Positions 7,801 through 15,202 of a stretch of 24,000 bases of DNA are shown here, piece after piece (within the stretch, counting starts at the first letter, position 1; each line of letters begins with the position of its first letter). Below the pieces are notes generated by a model. The model was not told the origin of the DNA, did not search any database, and worked only from the letters and a program-made list of their open reading frames with translations. The stretch comes from Olsenella uli DSM 7084 (GTDB lineage: Bacteria > Actinomycetota > Coriobacteriia > Coriobacteriales > Atopobiaceae). Both the position numbers and the translations under genes were made by a program. The stretch lies in contig NC_014363.1 of the NCBI RefSeq assembly GCF_000143845.1, forward strand, positions 209,186 through 233,185. Reading direction: 5' to 3'.

Positions 7801-9296
7801 CCGAGGCTGACCTTGCGGTCCGCGAGGTGGTTGGCGGTGTAGTTGCCCAGGCCGTCGTGGGCGGTGTCCTGCAGCACGGCGCCGCCGCCCTGGAAGCGCT
7901 CCATCTCGGAGCGCTTGGCCAGGAAGCCGGTGATGCGCACGAGGTCGCTGTCAGACGAGTAGAACGAGAGGTACTTGTCATCCAGGGCAAAGGCTCCCTT
8001 CACCACATCGAGCAGGGCGTCGGGGTTGCCCTTGGCCGTCGGCTCGATGGGGAAGATATCCGAGACGCCCGTGTTGAAGAAGCGGTGCATGCGCGCCTGC
8101 ATGCGGATGTGGTCGAAGAGGCTCTCTGGCTCCTCGCCCACGCGGATGCGCACGCCGGGCGTGACGCCCTTCTGGTCAGAGAAGCCCGCCTGCGCATGCA
8201 TGAGGAAGTGGCCGCCGGCCACCTCGGAGTAGACAGCGTCGAAGCCGGCCACCTGGGAGCAGATCCTCTCCATGATGCGCTCCGCGAGGGCATTGGCCTC
8301 GGGGTCGGTGCCATAGACGTGGTTGCCGCCAGGGGAGAGGAGCCGCTCCACGCATTCGCTCATGCCGGCGACGCCAAACATGCCACAGAAGCGCTCGCGC
8401 TCGATCAGGCCCTCCCTCACGAGGAAGGAGCTTTCGAAGAAGTGGGAGCGTTCTACGATGAAGCGCACGCGCTCGTTCATGAACTCGAGCAGCGCGCCTG
8501 TGGCCTCGGGAATCAGGTTGTCCATGAAGTCGTCCACGCCCGTGGCGAGCTCTGCCAGATGTGGCAGCAGGATGCGGTCGAGGCAGTAGGCCCCGCCGCG
8601 CAGGGGCAGTACGTTGTAGCAGCTCACGACCGTGTAGTCGTCAGGATAGGTCTCTCGGTGGATGCGGTCGTTGGCGAAGGCGGGGTTCGAGCAGAGCATC
8701 GTGGTCTCGAGGGCGAGGCGGGCGTAGCCGTCGGGCGTTATGGCAGGGTCGTACTTGAGGGTGAAGTTGGGCACGGCGTTCTGCAGCCTCTGCTCGACCC
8801 TGAGGAGCAGCTCTCCGGCGCGGGTGTACTCCGGGCCGATGTTGGCATGGCAGTAGCCGCTGGCGACGGTGCGGTCGACGTAGTCGAGGAAGCGGGCGAG
8901 CCTGTCCATGACCGACTCATCGTCGAGGTTCGCGATGAAGGGCTCGATGACGCGATCGAGCTGGCCCACGTAGACCGGTCTGCTCGTGACGGAGGGGACG
9001 TTGTCGTAGAGCATGGCCAGGCCCCAGAGGAGGTCGTCGAGGTCCTTGGGCGCGTCCAGACGCAAGAAGTCGCTGCCCTGCTCGGCAAAGAGCTGGTAGT
9101 CGGGGGCGATGTAGCGGGGTCGGTAGGGAGCGTTGCCCTCGCACATGTCATCGATGGCATGTGCGGCGAACAGCCGGTCGAACTCCTTCGTCGTCTTGAG
9201 GGGATGTTCGCTGTTCTCAGCGGCCTGCGCCAGGTGCAGCACCTTCTGCTTGTAGGTGAGGTTTCTCGCCGTGATGATGTCCATGAATCCGCTCAT
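7797..9296 (-). CDS. yjjI: YjjI-family (DUF3029) putative glycyl-radical enzyme, function unknown
   Basis: ORF 7797..9407. I prefer ATG 9296 (MSGFMDIITARNL...) because GAAGGGAAGG lies 5-6 nt upstream, giving 499 aa. The C-terminal DLVRITGFLA (7926-7946) resembles the glycyl-radical fingerprint RVxG[YF], with the Gly 43 residues from the end. The gene is translationally coupled to a GRE activase. The family assignment comes from memory of E. coli YjjI (about 516 aa) and is not a computed alignment. Confidence 0.75.
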   Translation of the reverse strand: MSGFMDIITARNLTYKQKVLHLAQAAENSEHPLKTTKEFDRLFAAHAIDDMCEGNAPYRPRYIAPDYQLFAEQGSDFLRLDAPKDLDDLLWGLAMLYDNVPSVTSRPVYVGQLDRVIEPFIANLDDESVMDRLARFLDYVDRTVASGYCHANIGPEYTRAGELLLRVEQRLQNAVPNFTLKYDPAITPDGYARLALETTMLCSNPAFANDRIHRETYPDDYTVVSCYNVLPLRGGAYCLDRILLPHLAELATGVDDFMDNLIPEATGALLEFMNERVRFIVERSHFFESSFLVREGLIERERFCGMFGVAGMSECVERLLSPGGNHVYGTDPEANALAERIMERICSQVAGFDAVYSEVAGGHFLMHAQAGFSDQKGVTPGVRIRVGEEPESLFDHIRMQARMHRFFNTGVSDIFPIEPTAKGNPDALLDVVKGAFALDDKYLSFYSSDSDLVRITGFLAKRSEMERFQGGGAVLQDTAHDGLGNYTANHLADRKVSLG

Positions 9297-9393
9297 CGCG
9301 CCTTCCCTTCGTCGTTCGCTCCGGTCGCCCTCCCCTGCTTTGAGGCAACAAGCTGTCAGCCCCATCTTATGGGAGCGAGCCAAGGCAAGACGA

Positions 9394-9405
9394 GGACATT
9401 TGTCC
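9394..9405. promoter_or_regulatory. Palindrome GGACA-TT-TGTCC about 100 bp upstream of yjjI
   Basis: Read directly: 5-bp arms with a 2-bp spacer, located in the psuG-yjjI intergenic region. Confidence 0.35.
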
Positions 9406-9422
9406 ACTTTTGCGAGAAAATC

Positions 9423-9446
9423 GCCAGCTGCCTTGCCAGCTGCCTT
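9423..9446. promoter_or_regulatory. Perfect tandem 12-mer x 2 (GCCAGCTGCCTT), each containing the CAGCTG palindrome; candidate operator upstream of yjjI
   Basis: 9423-9434 is identical to 9435-9446. It lies 127-150 bp upstream of the yjjI ATG and just downstream, in minus-strand sense, of the psuG hairpin. Confidence 0.4.
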
Positions 9447-9481
9447 TGTGGTGCCCTTCGCTACGGGGCGTCAAGGGGAAA

Positions 9482-9507
9482 GGGCGCACCCCTGATGGGA
9501 TGCGCCC
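9482..9507 (-). terminator. Stem-loop 25 nt downstream of the psuG stop (terminator or attenuator between psuG and yjjI)
   Basis: On the plus strand: GGGCGCAcCCC-tgat-GGGaTGCGCCC, 11-nt arms with one mismatch. On the minus strand it is followed by TTTCCCCTT, a short U-tract. Confidence 0.5.
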
Positions 9508-9531
9508 CCCGCCTGCCACGTCCCTCGGACG

Positions 9532-10461
9532 CTACGCCCTGCGTGCGCAGAGCTCCTTGGCGACCTCGGCACCCAGCGCGACGTTGTTGTACACCAGCTG
9601 GATGTTGGCCTCGAGGCTGGCGCCGCCGGTCATCTTCTGGATCTTGTCGAGGAGGTAGGGCGTTATATCCTTGCCGCGCACGCCCAGGGCGCCCGCCTCG
9701 GCGACGGCCTCATCGATGGTCTGGTTGATCGCGTCCGCATCCATGGAGTACTGCTCGGGGATGGGGTTGGTGACGAGCAGACCGCCCCTGAGGCCGACGG
9801 CCTCCTTGGCATTGAAGATGCCGGCGAGTTCGGAGGCGGTGTCAACGCGGTAGTCGACCCCGAAGGCGCTCTCGCGGGTGTAGAACGCGGGGAGCACGTC
9901 GGTCTGGTAGCCCAGGACGGTGACGCCCTTGGTCTCGAGGTACTCGCGGGTGAGACCGAGGTCGAGGATGGACTTGGCACCTGCGCAGATGACCATGACC
10001 GGCGTCTGCGCGAGCTCCTCGAGGTCGGCGGAGACGTCCATGGTGGTCTCGGCCCCGCGATGGACTCCGCCGATGCCGCCCGTGGCGAACACGGAGATGC
10101 CCGCCAGGCTGGCGATGATCATGGTCGCGGCGACGGTGGAGGCGCCGTCTGCCGCACGCTCGATGAGCACCGGGAGGTCCCTGCGGCTCGCCTTGGTCAC
10201 CTCGAGGCCCTTCTTGCCCAGGCGCTCGATCTGCTCGGCGGAGCAGCCGGCGACGAGCTTGCCGCCGATGATGGCGATGGTGGCGGGGACGGCGCCGTGG
10301 TCGCGGATGATCCTCTCGACGTTGAGGGCGGTCTCGACGTTTCTGGGGTAGGGCATGCCATGGGAGATGATGGTGGACTCGAGGGCGACGACGGGCCTGT
10401 TGTTGTCAAGCGCCTCCTGGACCTCAGGCGAGACGACCAGGTAATCCTTGAGGTTCTTCAC
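9532..10461 (-). CDS. psuG: Pseudouridine-5'-phosphate glycosidase
   Basis: VSPEVQEALDNNRPVVALESTIISHGMPYPRN is the hallmark N-terminus of PsuG/YeiN (indigoidine synthase A-like family). I prefer the GTG at 10461, with GGAAGGAGAGG 5-8 nt upstream, giving 309 aa versus about 312 aa for E. coli. The track ORF (10557) adds an Arg/Pro-rich extension. Confidence 0.9.
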   Translation of the reverse strand: MKNLKDYLVVSPEVQEALDNNRPVVALESTIISHGMPYPRNVETALNVERIIRDHGAVPATIAIIGGKLVAGCSAEQIERLGKKGLEVTKASRRDLPVLIERAADGASTVAATMIIASLAGISVFATGGIGGVHRGAETTMDVSADLEELAQTPVMVICAGAKSILDLGLTREYLETKGVTVLGYQTDVLPAFYTRESAFGVDYRVDTASELAGIFNAKEAVGLRGGLLVTNPIPEQYSMDADAINQTIDEAVAEAGALGVRGKDITPYLLDKIQKMTGGASLEANIQLVYNNVALGAEVAKELCARRA

Positions 10462-10553
10462 GGTACCTCTCCTTCCTTCTTGCCCCGCAGGGGGCACGCG
10501 TTCCTTCGTGCTATGTCGAGCGGGCCGTCGCGGCTGCGGTCGCGACCGTCGCG

Positions 10554-11654
10554 TCACTCCGTCGTGCAGGTCTCCATGCGGGCGAGGAGCGCGTCCTCGC
10601 TCATGGAGGCGCTGATGGTGTCGGGGCTTTCCACGCAGATGGCCGCCGCCGCGATTCCTGCGCGGCCGCCTTCCTCGAGGGAGTGCCCGCAGAGCCAGCT
10701 CCAGGTGATGGCCGCCATCATCGCGTCCCCGGCCCCCGTCGTGTTCGCCACCCTGGTCTCGAGGGGGGGGAGCAGGGTACGATGCGTGTGGTCGGCACAG
10801 AGGACGCCCTCGCTTCCGAGTGAGACGAAGACGCGTTCGAGCCCCGTCCCGAGAAGCCTGTCCACTGCTCTATCGAGTGACGTGCGGTCGCTGATGTGCA
10901 CGCCCGTGAGCACCTCCGCCTCAAGACGGTTGGGCTTGAGCGTGTGGAGCCTCCCGAGGACACCCCCGAGCTTCTCGGCCTTTGCCGTGGAGACGGGATC
11001 GCAGAAGAGGGGCGCCCGCACGTGCTCGGAGAGGTAGCGGATGGATGCCACGGGCAGGTTGGCGTCGATGACGCAGACGTCCGCGCGGTCGAGGGCATCG
11101 AGGTGGCGCTCGAGGAAGGCGGGCGTGAGCTCGTCGAAGATGCGCATGTCGGCAACGGCGACGCTCATGTCCCCCCTGCGGTCCGCCACGAAGAGGTAGG
11201 TGGAGGTGGTACCGCCGCTTACGGTGAGGGAGGATGAGATGTCTATGCCGGCGCTGCGACAGGCTCCCGTCAGCAGGGCCGCGCGCTCGTCGGTGCCGAA
11301 GGCGGAGACGAGACGTACGTCCTGCCCCAGGAGCGCGAGGTTGTGGGCGATGTTCCTGCCCGCCCCACCGGGTGAGGTGGTAACGCTGCCTGGATTTGAA
11401 TCGCGTTGACGGAGCTCCTGGAAGGGACGTCCGCCGATGTCGAGGTTGGCTCCGCCCACGACCGTCACGTAGGGGGCCTTGCGCACCACGTAGCGCCTCC
11501 CCAGTATGGCTCCCTTGCGCATGAGGCTCGAGACGTGCACGGCCACGGACGAGCGCGAGATGCCTGCCCGCCCGGCGAGTTCGGACTGTGTAACGGCAGG
11601 GTTCTCCTCTATCCAGGAGAGGATCTGCCGCTCTCGCTCTGTCAGGGAGTCCAT
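10554..11654 (-). CDS. psuK: PfkB-family pseudouridine kinase fused to an N-terminal winged-helix HTH domain
   Basis: The N-terminus MDSLTERERQILSWIEENPAVTQSELAGRAGISRSSVAVHVSSLMRKGAILGR is a MarR/DeoR-like wHTH. It is followed by VTVVGGANLDIGG, PGGAGRNIAHNLALLG (YeiC-type) and NTTGAGDAMMAA (PfkB signature 2). ATG 11654 is preceded by GGAGCGGAGGG. Confidence 0.85.
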   Translation of the reverse strand: MDSLTERERQILSWIEENPAVTQSELAGRAGISRSSVAVHVSSLMRKGAILGRRYVVRKAPYVTVVGGANLDIGGRPFQELRQRDSNPGSVTTSPGGAGRNIAHNLALLGQDVRLVSAFGTDERAALLTGACRSAGIDISSSLTVSGGTTSTYLFVADRRGDMSVAVADMRIFDELTPAFLERHLDALDRADVCVIDANLPVASIRYLSEHVRAPLFCDPVSTAKAEKLGGVLGRLHTLKPNRLEAEVLTGVHISDRTSLDRAVDRLLGTGLERVFVSLGSEGVLCADHTHRTLLPPLETRVANTTGAGDAMMAAITWSWLCGHSLEEGGRAGIAAAAICVESPDTISASMSEDALLARMETCTTE

Positions 11655-11690
11655 GTGCCCTCCGCTCCTGCTGCGTAATTTAAGCATATG

Positions 11691-11696
11691 ATTATA
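11691..11696 (-). promoter_or_regulatory. Candidate -10 box (perfect TATAAT on the minus strand) for psuK, within an AT-rich divergent promoter zone (about 11676-11725)
   Basis: ATTATA on the plus strand reads TATAAT on the minus strand, about 37 nt upstream of the psuK ATG. It lies inside the 12-bp palindrome TTATATATATAA (11692-11703). No good -35 box. The surrounding AT-rich stretch is conspicuous in a high-GC genome. Confidence 0.35.
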
Positions 11697-11736
11697 TATA
11701 TAAGCACCTGTTTAAAATAGTGAATCGAGACGAGTC

Positions 11737-11800
11737 CTCTGTCAAGGGACTTCCGTCGGCCGGGGCGATTTCGGCCCTCACGGCGCCTTTGTCCACAGAG
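11737..11800. promoter_or_regulatory. 64-nt extended imperfect hairpin in the psuK/deoB divergent region (possible deoB leader structure)
   Basis: The helices are nested: CTCTGT/ACAGAG, GGAC/GTCC, CCGT/ACGG and GGCCG/CGGCC, closing a 9-nt loop (gggcgattt). Read by eye; no free energy was computed. Confidence 0.35.
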
Positions 11801-11998
11801 CGAACATAAGCTGCCTCTCGAATACAACCGCTTACGACGCGATGGGCCCCGTCTGCTTGCGATCGACCGAAGTCTGGCCTGCGAGACGACAAACTGTCCT
11901 ATCGTCTTCTCTGTTATTTCGTACGTGTTTCGTGGCTGCCCCCATGACGCGCCGGGAGATGGGTGCGCGTGGGGGCGCAGGAGTTTGGGAGGTGGGGG

Positions 11999-13201
11999 AT
12001 GGGCAGACGTGCGTTCCTGGTCGTGCTCGACAGCTTTGGCATCGGCGAGGCGCCCGATGCGGCGGAGTACGGTGACGAGGGCAGCAATACCCTGTGCGCC
12101 TGCGCGACAAGTCCGCACTTCTCGATGGACAATATGCGCGACCTGGGGTTGTTTAACATAGAGGGTGCGCTGGACTCCGTCTATGACGTGCACCTCTCGC
12201 CCACGAGCGCTCCCCAGGGCGCCTTCGCGCGCCTGCGCGAGGCGTCCAAGGGCAAGGACACCACGGTCGGGCACTGGGAGATGGCAGGCGTCATCTCGCC
12301 CAAGCTCTTCCCCACCTACCCCGACGGCTTCCCTGCAGAGGTCATAGAGGAGTTCGAGCGCCAGTGCGGTCGCAAGGTTCTCTGCAACAGGCCCTACTCG
12401 GGCACTGACGTCATCCGTGACTTCGGGGACGAGATGGTGGAGCGGGGCGCCCTCATCGTCTACACCTCAGCCGACAGCGTGTTCCAGATCGCCGCGCACG
12501 AGGACGTCGTCCCCTGCGAGAAGCTCTACGAGTACTGCCGCATTGCCCGCGGGATACTGACGGGCGCCCACGGAGTCGCCCGCGTCATAGCTCGCCCCTT
12601 CGTCGGAGAGAGCGGCAGCTACGTGCGCACGCCCCGTCGTCACGACTTCTCGCTGGAGCCGACGGGCACGACCATGCTCGACCGGCTGACCGAGGAGGGC
12701 GCAGACGTCATCTCCGTGGGCAAGATCTTCGACATCTTCGCCCATCGGGGTATCAAGGAGTCCATCCCTACCACGGGCAACCCCGAGGGCATCGAGCGCA
12801 CCATCGAGCTGCTCGACCGCGACTTCGAGGGCCTGTGCTTCACGAACCTGGTGGACACGGACATGATCTACGGTCACCGCAACGACGTCGACGGCTACGC
12901 CAAGGCGCTCGCCTACTTCGACGCGCACGTCCCCGCCATCCTCTCCAAGCTGCGCGAGGACGACCTCTTCATGATCGTCGCCGATCACGGCTGCGACCCT
13001 GTGACGCCCTCGACCGACCACTCGCGCGAGTACGTGCCCTGGGTCATCGCTGGGCCGCGCGTAAGGGCAGGGGCGGACCTTGGCACACGTCCGACCTTCG
13101 CGGACGTCTCGGCGACCATCCTCGACTATCTGGACGCGAGCCCCCTTGGCGTCGGCGTCTCTCATGTCAGCGAGATTCTGGAGGTACGTGACGATGGCTA
13201 G
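11999..13201 (+). CDS. deoB: Phosphopentomutase
   Basis: Motifs [34 protein letters not shown] and VADHGCDP are typical of DeoB; 400 aa. GGGAGG at 11987-11992 lies 6 nt before ATG 11999. Confidence 0.92.
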   Translation: MGRRAFLVVLDSFGIGEAPDAAEYGDEGSNTLCACATSPHFSMDNMRDLGLFNIEGALDSVYDVHLSPTSAPQGAFARLREASKGKDTTVGHWEMAGVISPKLFPTYPDGFPAEVIEEFERQCGRKVLCNRPYSGTDVIRDFGDEMVERGALIVYTSADSVFQIAAHEDVVPCEKLYEYCRIARGILTGAHGVARVIARPFVGESGSYVRTPRRHDFSLEPTGTTMLDRLTEEGADVISVGKIFDIFAHRGIKESIPTTGNPEGIERTIELLDRDFEGLCFTNLVDTDMIYGHRNDVDGYAKALAYFDAHVPAILSKLREDDLFMIVADHGCDPVTPSTDHSREYVPWVIAGPRVRAGADLGTRPTFADVSATILDYLDASPLGVGVSHVSEILEVRDDG

Positions 13202-13922
13202 CGTTCCCACGCCCCACAACGACGCCCTCGAGGGGCAGATCGCCCCGCTCGTCCTCATGCCAGGCGACCCCCTGCGCGCCCGTTACATCGCCGAGGGCTA
13301 CCTCGAGGATGTGACCTGCTTCAACGGGGTCCGCAACATGCTTGGCTTCACGGGCACCTACCAGGGAAACCCCGTCTCCGTCATGGGCAGCGGCATGGGC
13401 ATGCCCTCCATCGGGATCTACTCGTACGAGCTCTACAACTTCTACGGCGTGGACGCCATCGTCCGCATCGGTAGCGCTGGTGGCATCGGTGACGGGCTCA
13501 GGCTGCGCGACCTCGTCATTGCCCAAGGGGCTTGCACCGACTCCAACTACGCGCGCCAGTTCGCCCTGCCGGGGACCTTCGCCCCCATTGCGGACTTCGG
13601 CCTGCTCCGTCGTGCCGTGGAGTCGGCCGAGCGCCTGGGCGTGCCCGTGCGTGTGGGCAACGTGCTCTCAGAAGACGCGTTCTACTCGGCAGATGAGACG
13701 GGTGCCGCGCGCTGGGCGGCCATGGGAGTGCTTGCGCTCGAGATGGAGGCCGCAGCCCTCTACATGAACGCCGCCCATGCGCACAAGCGTGCGCTGGCGA
13801 TGCTCTCCATCTCGGACCTCGTGTTCACGGGCGAGGCACTTCCCGCCTCCGAGCGACAGACCAGCTTCACGCAGATGATGGAGGTGGCGCTCTCGCTCGC
13901 CGTTCCCGAGGCAGAAAAGTAG
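13194..13922 (+). CDS. deoD: Purine nucleoside phosphorylase, DeoD type
   Basis: Motifs [40 protein letters not shown] and LSISDLV; 242 aa. ATG 13194 overlaps the deoB stop by 8 nt. GGAGG lies at 13180-13184. Confidence 0.92.
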   Translation: MASVPTPHNDALEGQIAPLVLMPGDPLRARYIAEGYLEDVTCFNGVRNMLGFTGTYQGNPVSVMGSGMGMPSIGIYSYELYNFYGVDAIVRIGSAGGIGDGLRLRDLVIAQGACTDSNYARQFALPGTFAPIADFGLLRRAVESAERLGVPVRVGNVLSEDAFYSADETGAARWAAMGVLALEMEAAALYMNAAHAHKRALAMLSISDLVFTGEALPASERQTSFTQMMEVALSLAVPEAEK

Positions 13923-13983
13923 GGCCTCGTGACGTATGGTGTTAGTGGATAGGCCTGCGGGTAGACCCCGCGGGCAGTGGGTG

Positions 13984-14007
13984 TCGCGCGGACGAGGGTC
14001 CGCGCGA
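13984..14007 (+). promoter_or_regulatory. Perfect 10-bp stem / 4-nt loop hairpin between deoD and the BMP gene
   Basis: TCGCGCGGAC-gagg-GTCCGCGCGA. There is no U-tract, and it sits immediately upstream of the SD (GGAGAAGGAGAAG) of the next gene. Confidence 0.5.
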
Positions 14008-14030
14008 GGAGATAGGAGAAGGAGAAGAGC

Positions 14031-15101
14031 ATGAACATGAACCTCTCGCGCAGGCAGTTCATGAGGGGGACGGCCGCGCTCGCCGTCACCCTGGGCCTTG
14101 GTGGCTGTGGCGGCACCAGTGGCGGCACCGACACCGGTGCCACCGACAAGGCCTCCGAGGCCAGCTACAAGATCCAGATGGTCACGGACACGGGCGGCGT
14201 CAACGACCAGTCGTTCAACCAGCTCGCCTGGGAGGGCCTGCAGAAGCTCAAGGACGAGCGCGGCTGGGACATCAGCTACCTCGAGTCCAAGCAGGAGTCC
14301 GACTACGCCACCAACCTCGACAAGGCCGTGGACGACAACGCCAACCTCGTCTGGGGCGTTGGCTTTGCCATGGCAGACGCCGTCGAGAACAGCGCCAAGT
14401 CCAACCCCGACGTGCAGTTCGCCGTCATCGACAACGCCTACGAGAACCCGCCCTCCAACCTCGTGGGCGTCTGCTTCCGTGCGCAGGAGCCCTCGTTCAT
14501 GGTCGGCTACATTGCCGCCTGCACCACCAAGACCGGTCAGGTCGGCTTTGTCGGTGGCGTCTCCAGCTCGATCATCGACCAGTTCGAGTGGGGCTACAAG
14601 GCCGGCGTTGCCTATGGTGCCAAGGAGAAGGGCACCGAGGTGACGGTCTCGGCCCAGTACGCCGACAGCTTCACCGACTCCGCGAAGGGCAAGGCCATCG
14701 CCTCGAAGATGTTCTCCGATGGCTGCGACGTGGTCTTCCATGCTGCCGGTGGCGTGGGCACGGGTGTCATCGAGGCAGCCAAGGAGGCCAACAAGTACGC
14801 CATCGGCGTCGACAAGGACCAGGCCTACCTCGCCCCCGACAACGTCCTGACCTCCGCCCTCAAGCGCGTCGACAAGGCCGTCATCGAGGTCTCGCAGAAG
14901 ATCGAGGCCAAGGAGGTCTCCGGTGGCGACAACATGAGCCTGGGCATGTCCGAGGAGGCGGTCGGCATCCCCGAGGACCACAAGCTCATGGGTGAGGATG
15001 TCTACAAGGCCGCCATCGAGCTCGGCGACAAGATCAGGGGCGGCTCCATCGTTCCTCCCGCGAGCGAAGCCGACTACGCCACGTACGTCGCTGCGCTCTA
15101 G
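14031..15101 (+). CDS. BMP-family (PnrA/TmpC/NupN-like) nucleoside-binding lipoprotein of an ABC transporter, with a Tat-type signal peptide
   Basis: MNMNLSRRQFMRGTAALAVTLGLGGCGG carries a twin-arginine motif SRRxFM and a lipobox LGGC. Mature-domain motifs DTGGVNDQSFNQ and FVGG are typical of the Bmp family. A strong SD precedes the start. Confidence 0.88.
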   Translation: MNMNLSRRQFMRGTAALAVTLGLGGCGGTSGGTDTGATDKASEASYKIQMVTDTGGVNDQSFNQLAWEGLQKLKDERGWDISYLESKQESDYATNLDKAVDDNANLVWGVGFAMADAVENSAKSNPDVQFAVIDNAYENPPSNLVGVCFRAQEPSFMVGYIAACTTKTGQVGFVGGVSSSIIDQFEWGYKAGVAYGAKEKGTEVTVSAQYADSFTDSAKGKAIASKMFSDGCDVVFHAAGGVGTGVIEAAKEANKYAIGVDKDQAYLAPDNVLTSALKRVDKAVIEVSQKIEAKEVSGGDNMSLGMSEEAVGIPEDHKLMGEDVYKAAIELGDKIRGGSIVPPASEADYATYVAAL

Positions 15102-15138
15102 AGGCGCATCGAATCGATTCCCAACCGTTGCCTTGTGA

Positions 15139-15167
15139 GGGGGAGCGCCCGTTTCGGGTGCTCCCCC
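15139..15167 (+). promoter_or_regulatory. Strong intercistronic hairpin between the binding-protein and ATPase genes
   Basis: GGGGGAGCGCCCG-ttt-CGGGTGCTCCCCC: 13-nt arms with one G-U pair. It lies 38 nt after the BMP stop and about 36 nt before the ATPase start. Confidence 0.55.
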
Positions 15168-15202
15168 GCTGCAGGGCCCCAGGAGGGCGAAGGAGGTAAT
15201 GC

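Noticed and set aside
7740-9728. 662-aa plus-strand ORF covering yjjI and the psuG-yjjI spacer
   Set aside because: It is antisense to the GRE gene and runs through an intergenic hairpin and repeats into psuG. It has no SD and a low-complexity translation. This is a GC-driven artefact.
11642-12274. 210-aa minus-strand ORF spanning the psuK/deoB divergent region and the 5' end of deoB (plus smaller ORFs 11692..11892, 11832..12110, 11914..12159)
   Set aside because: It crosses an AT-rich promoter zone and is antisense to deoB. The translation is Arg/Pro-rich with no motifs or SD.
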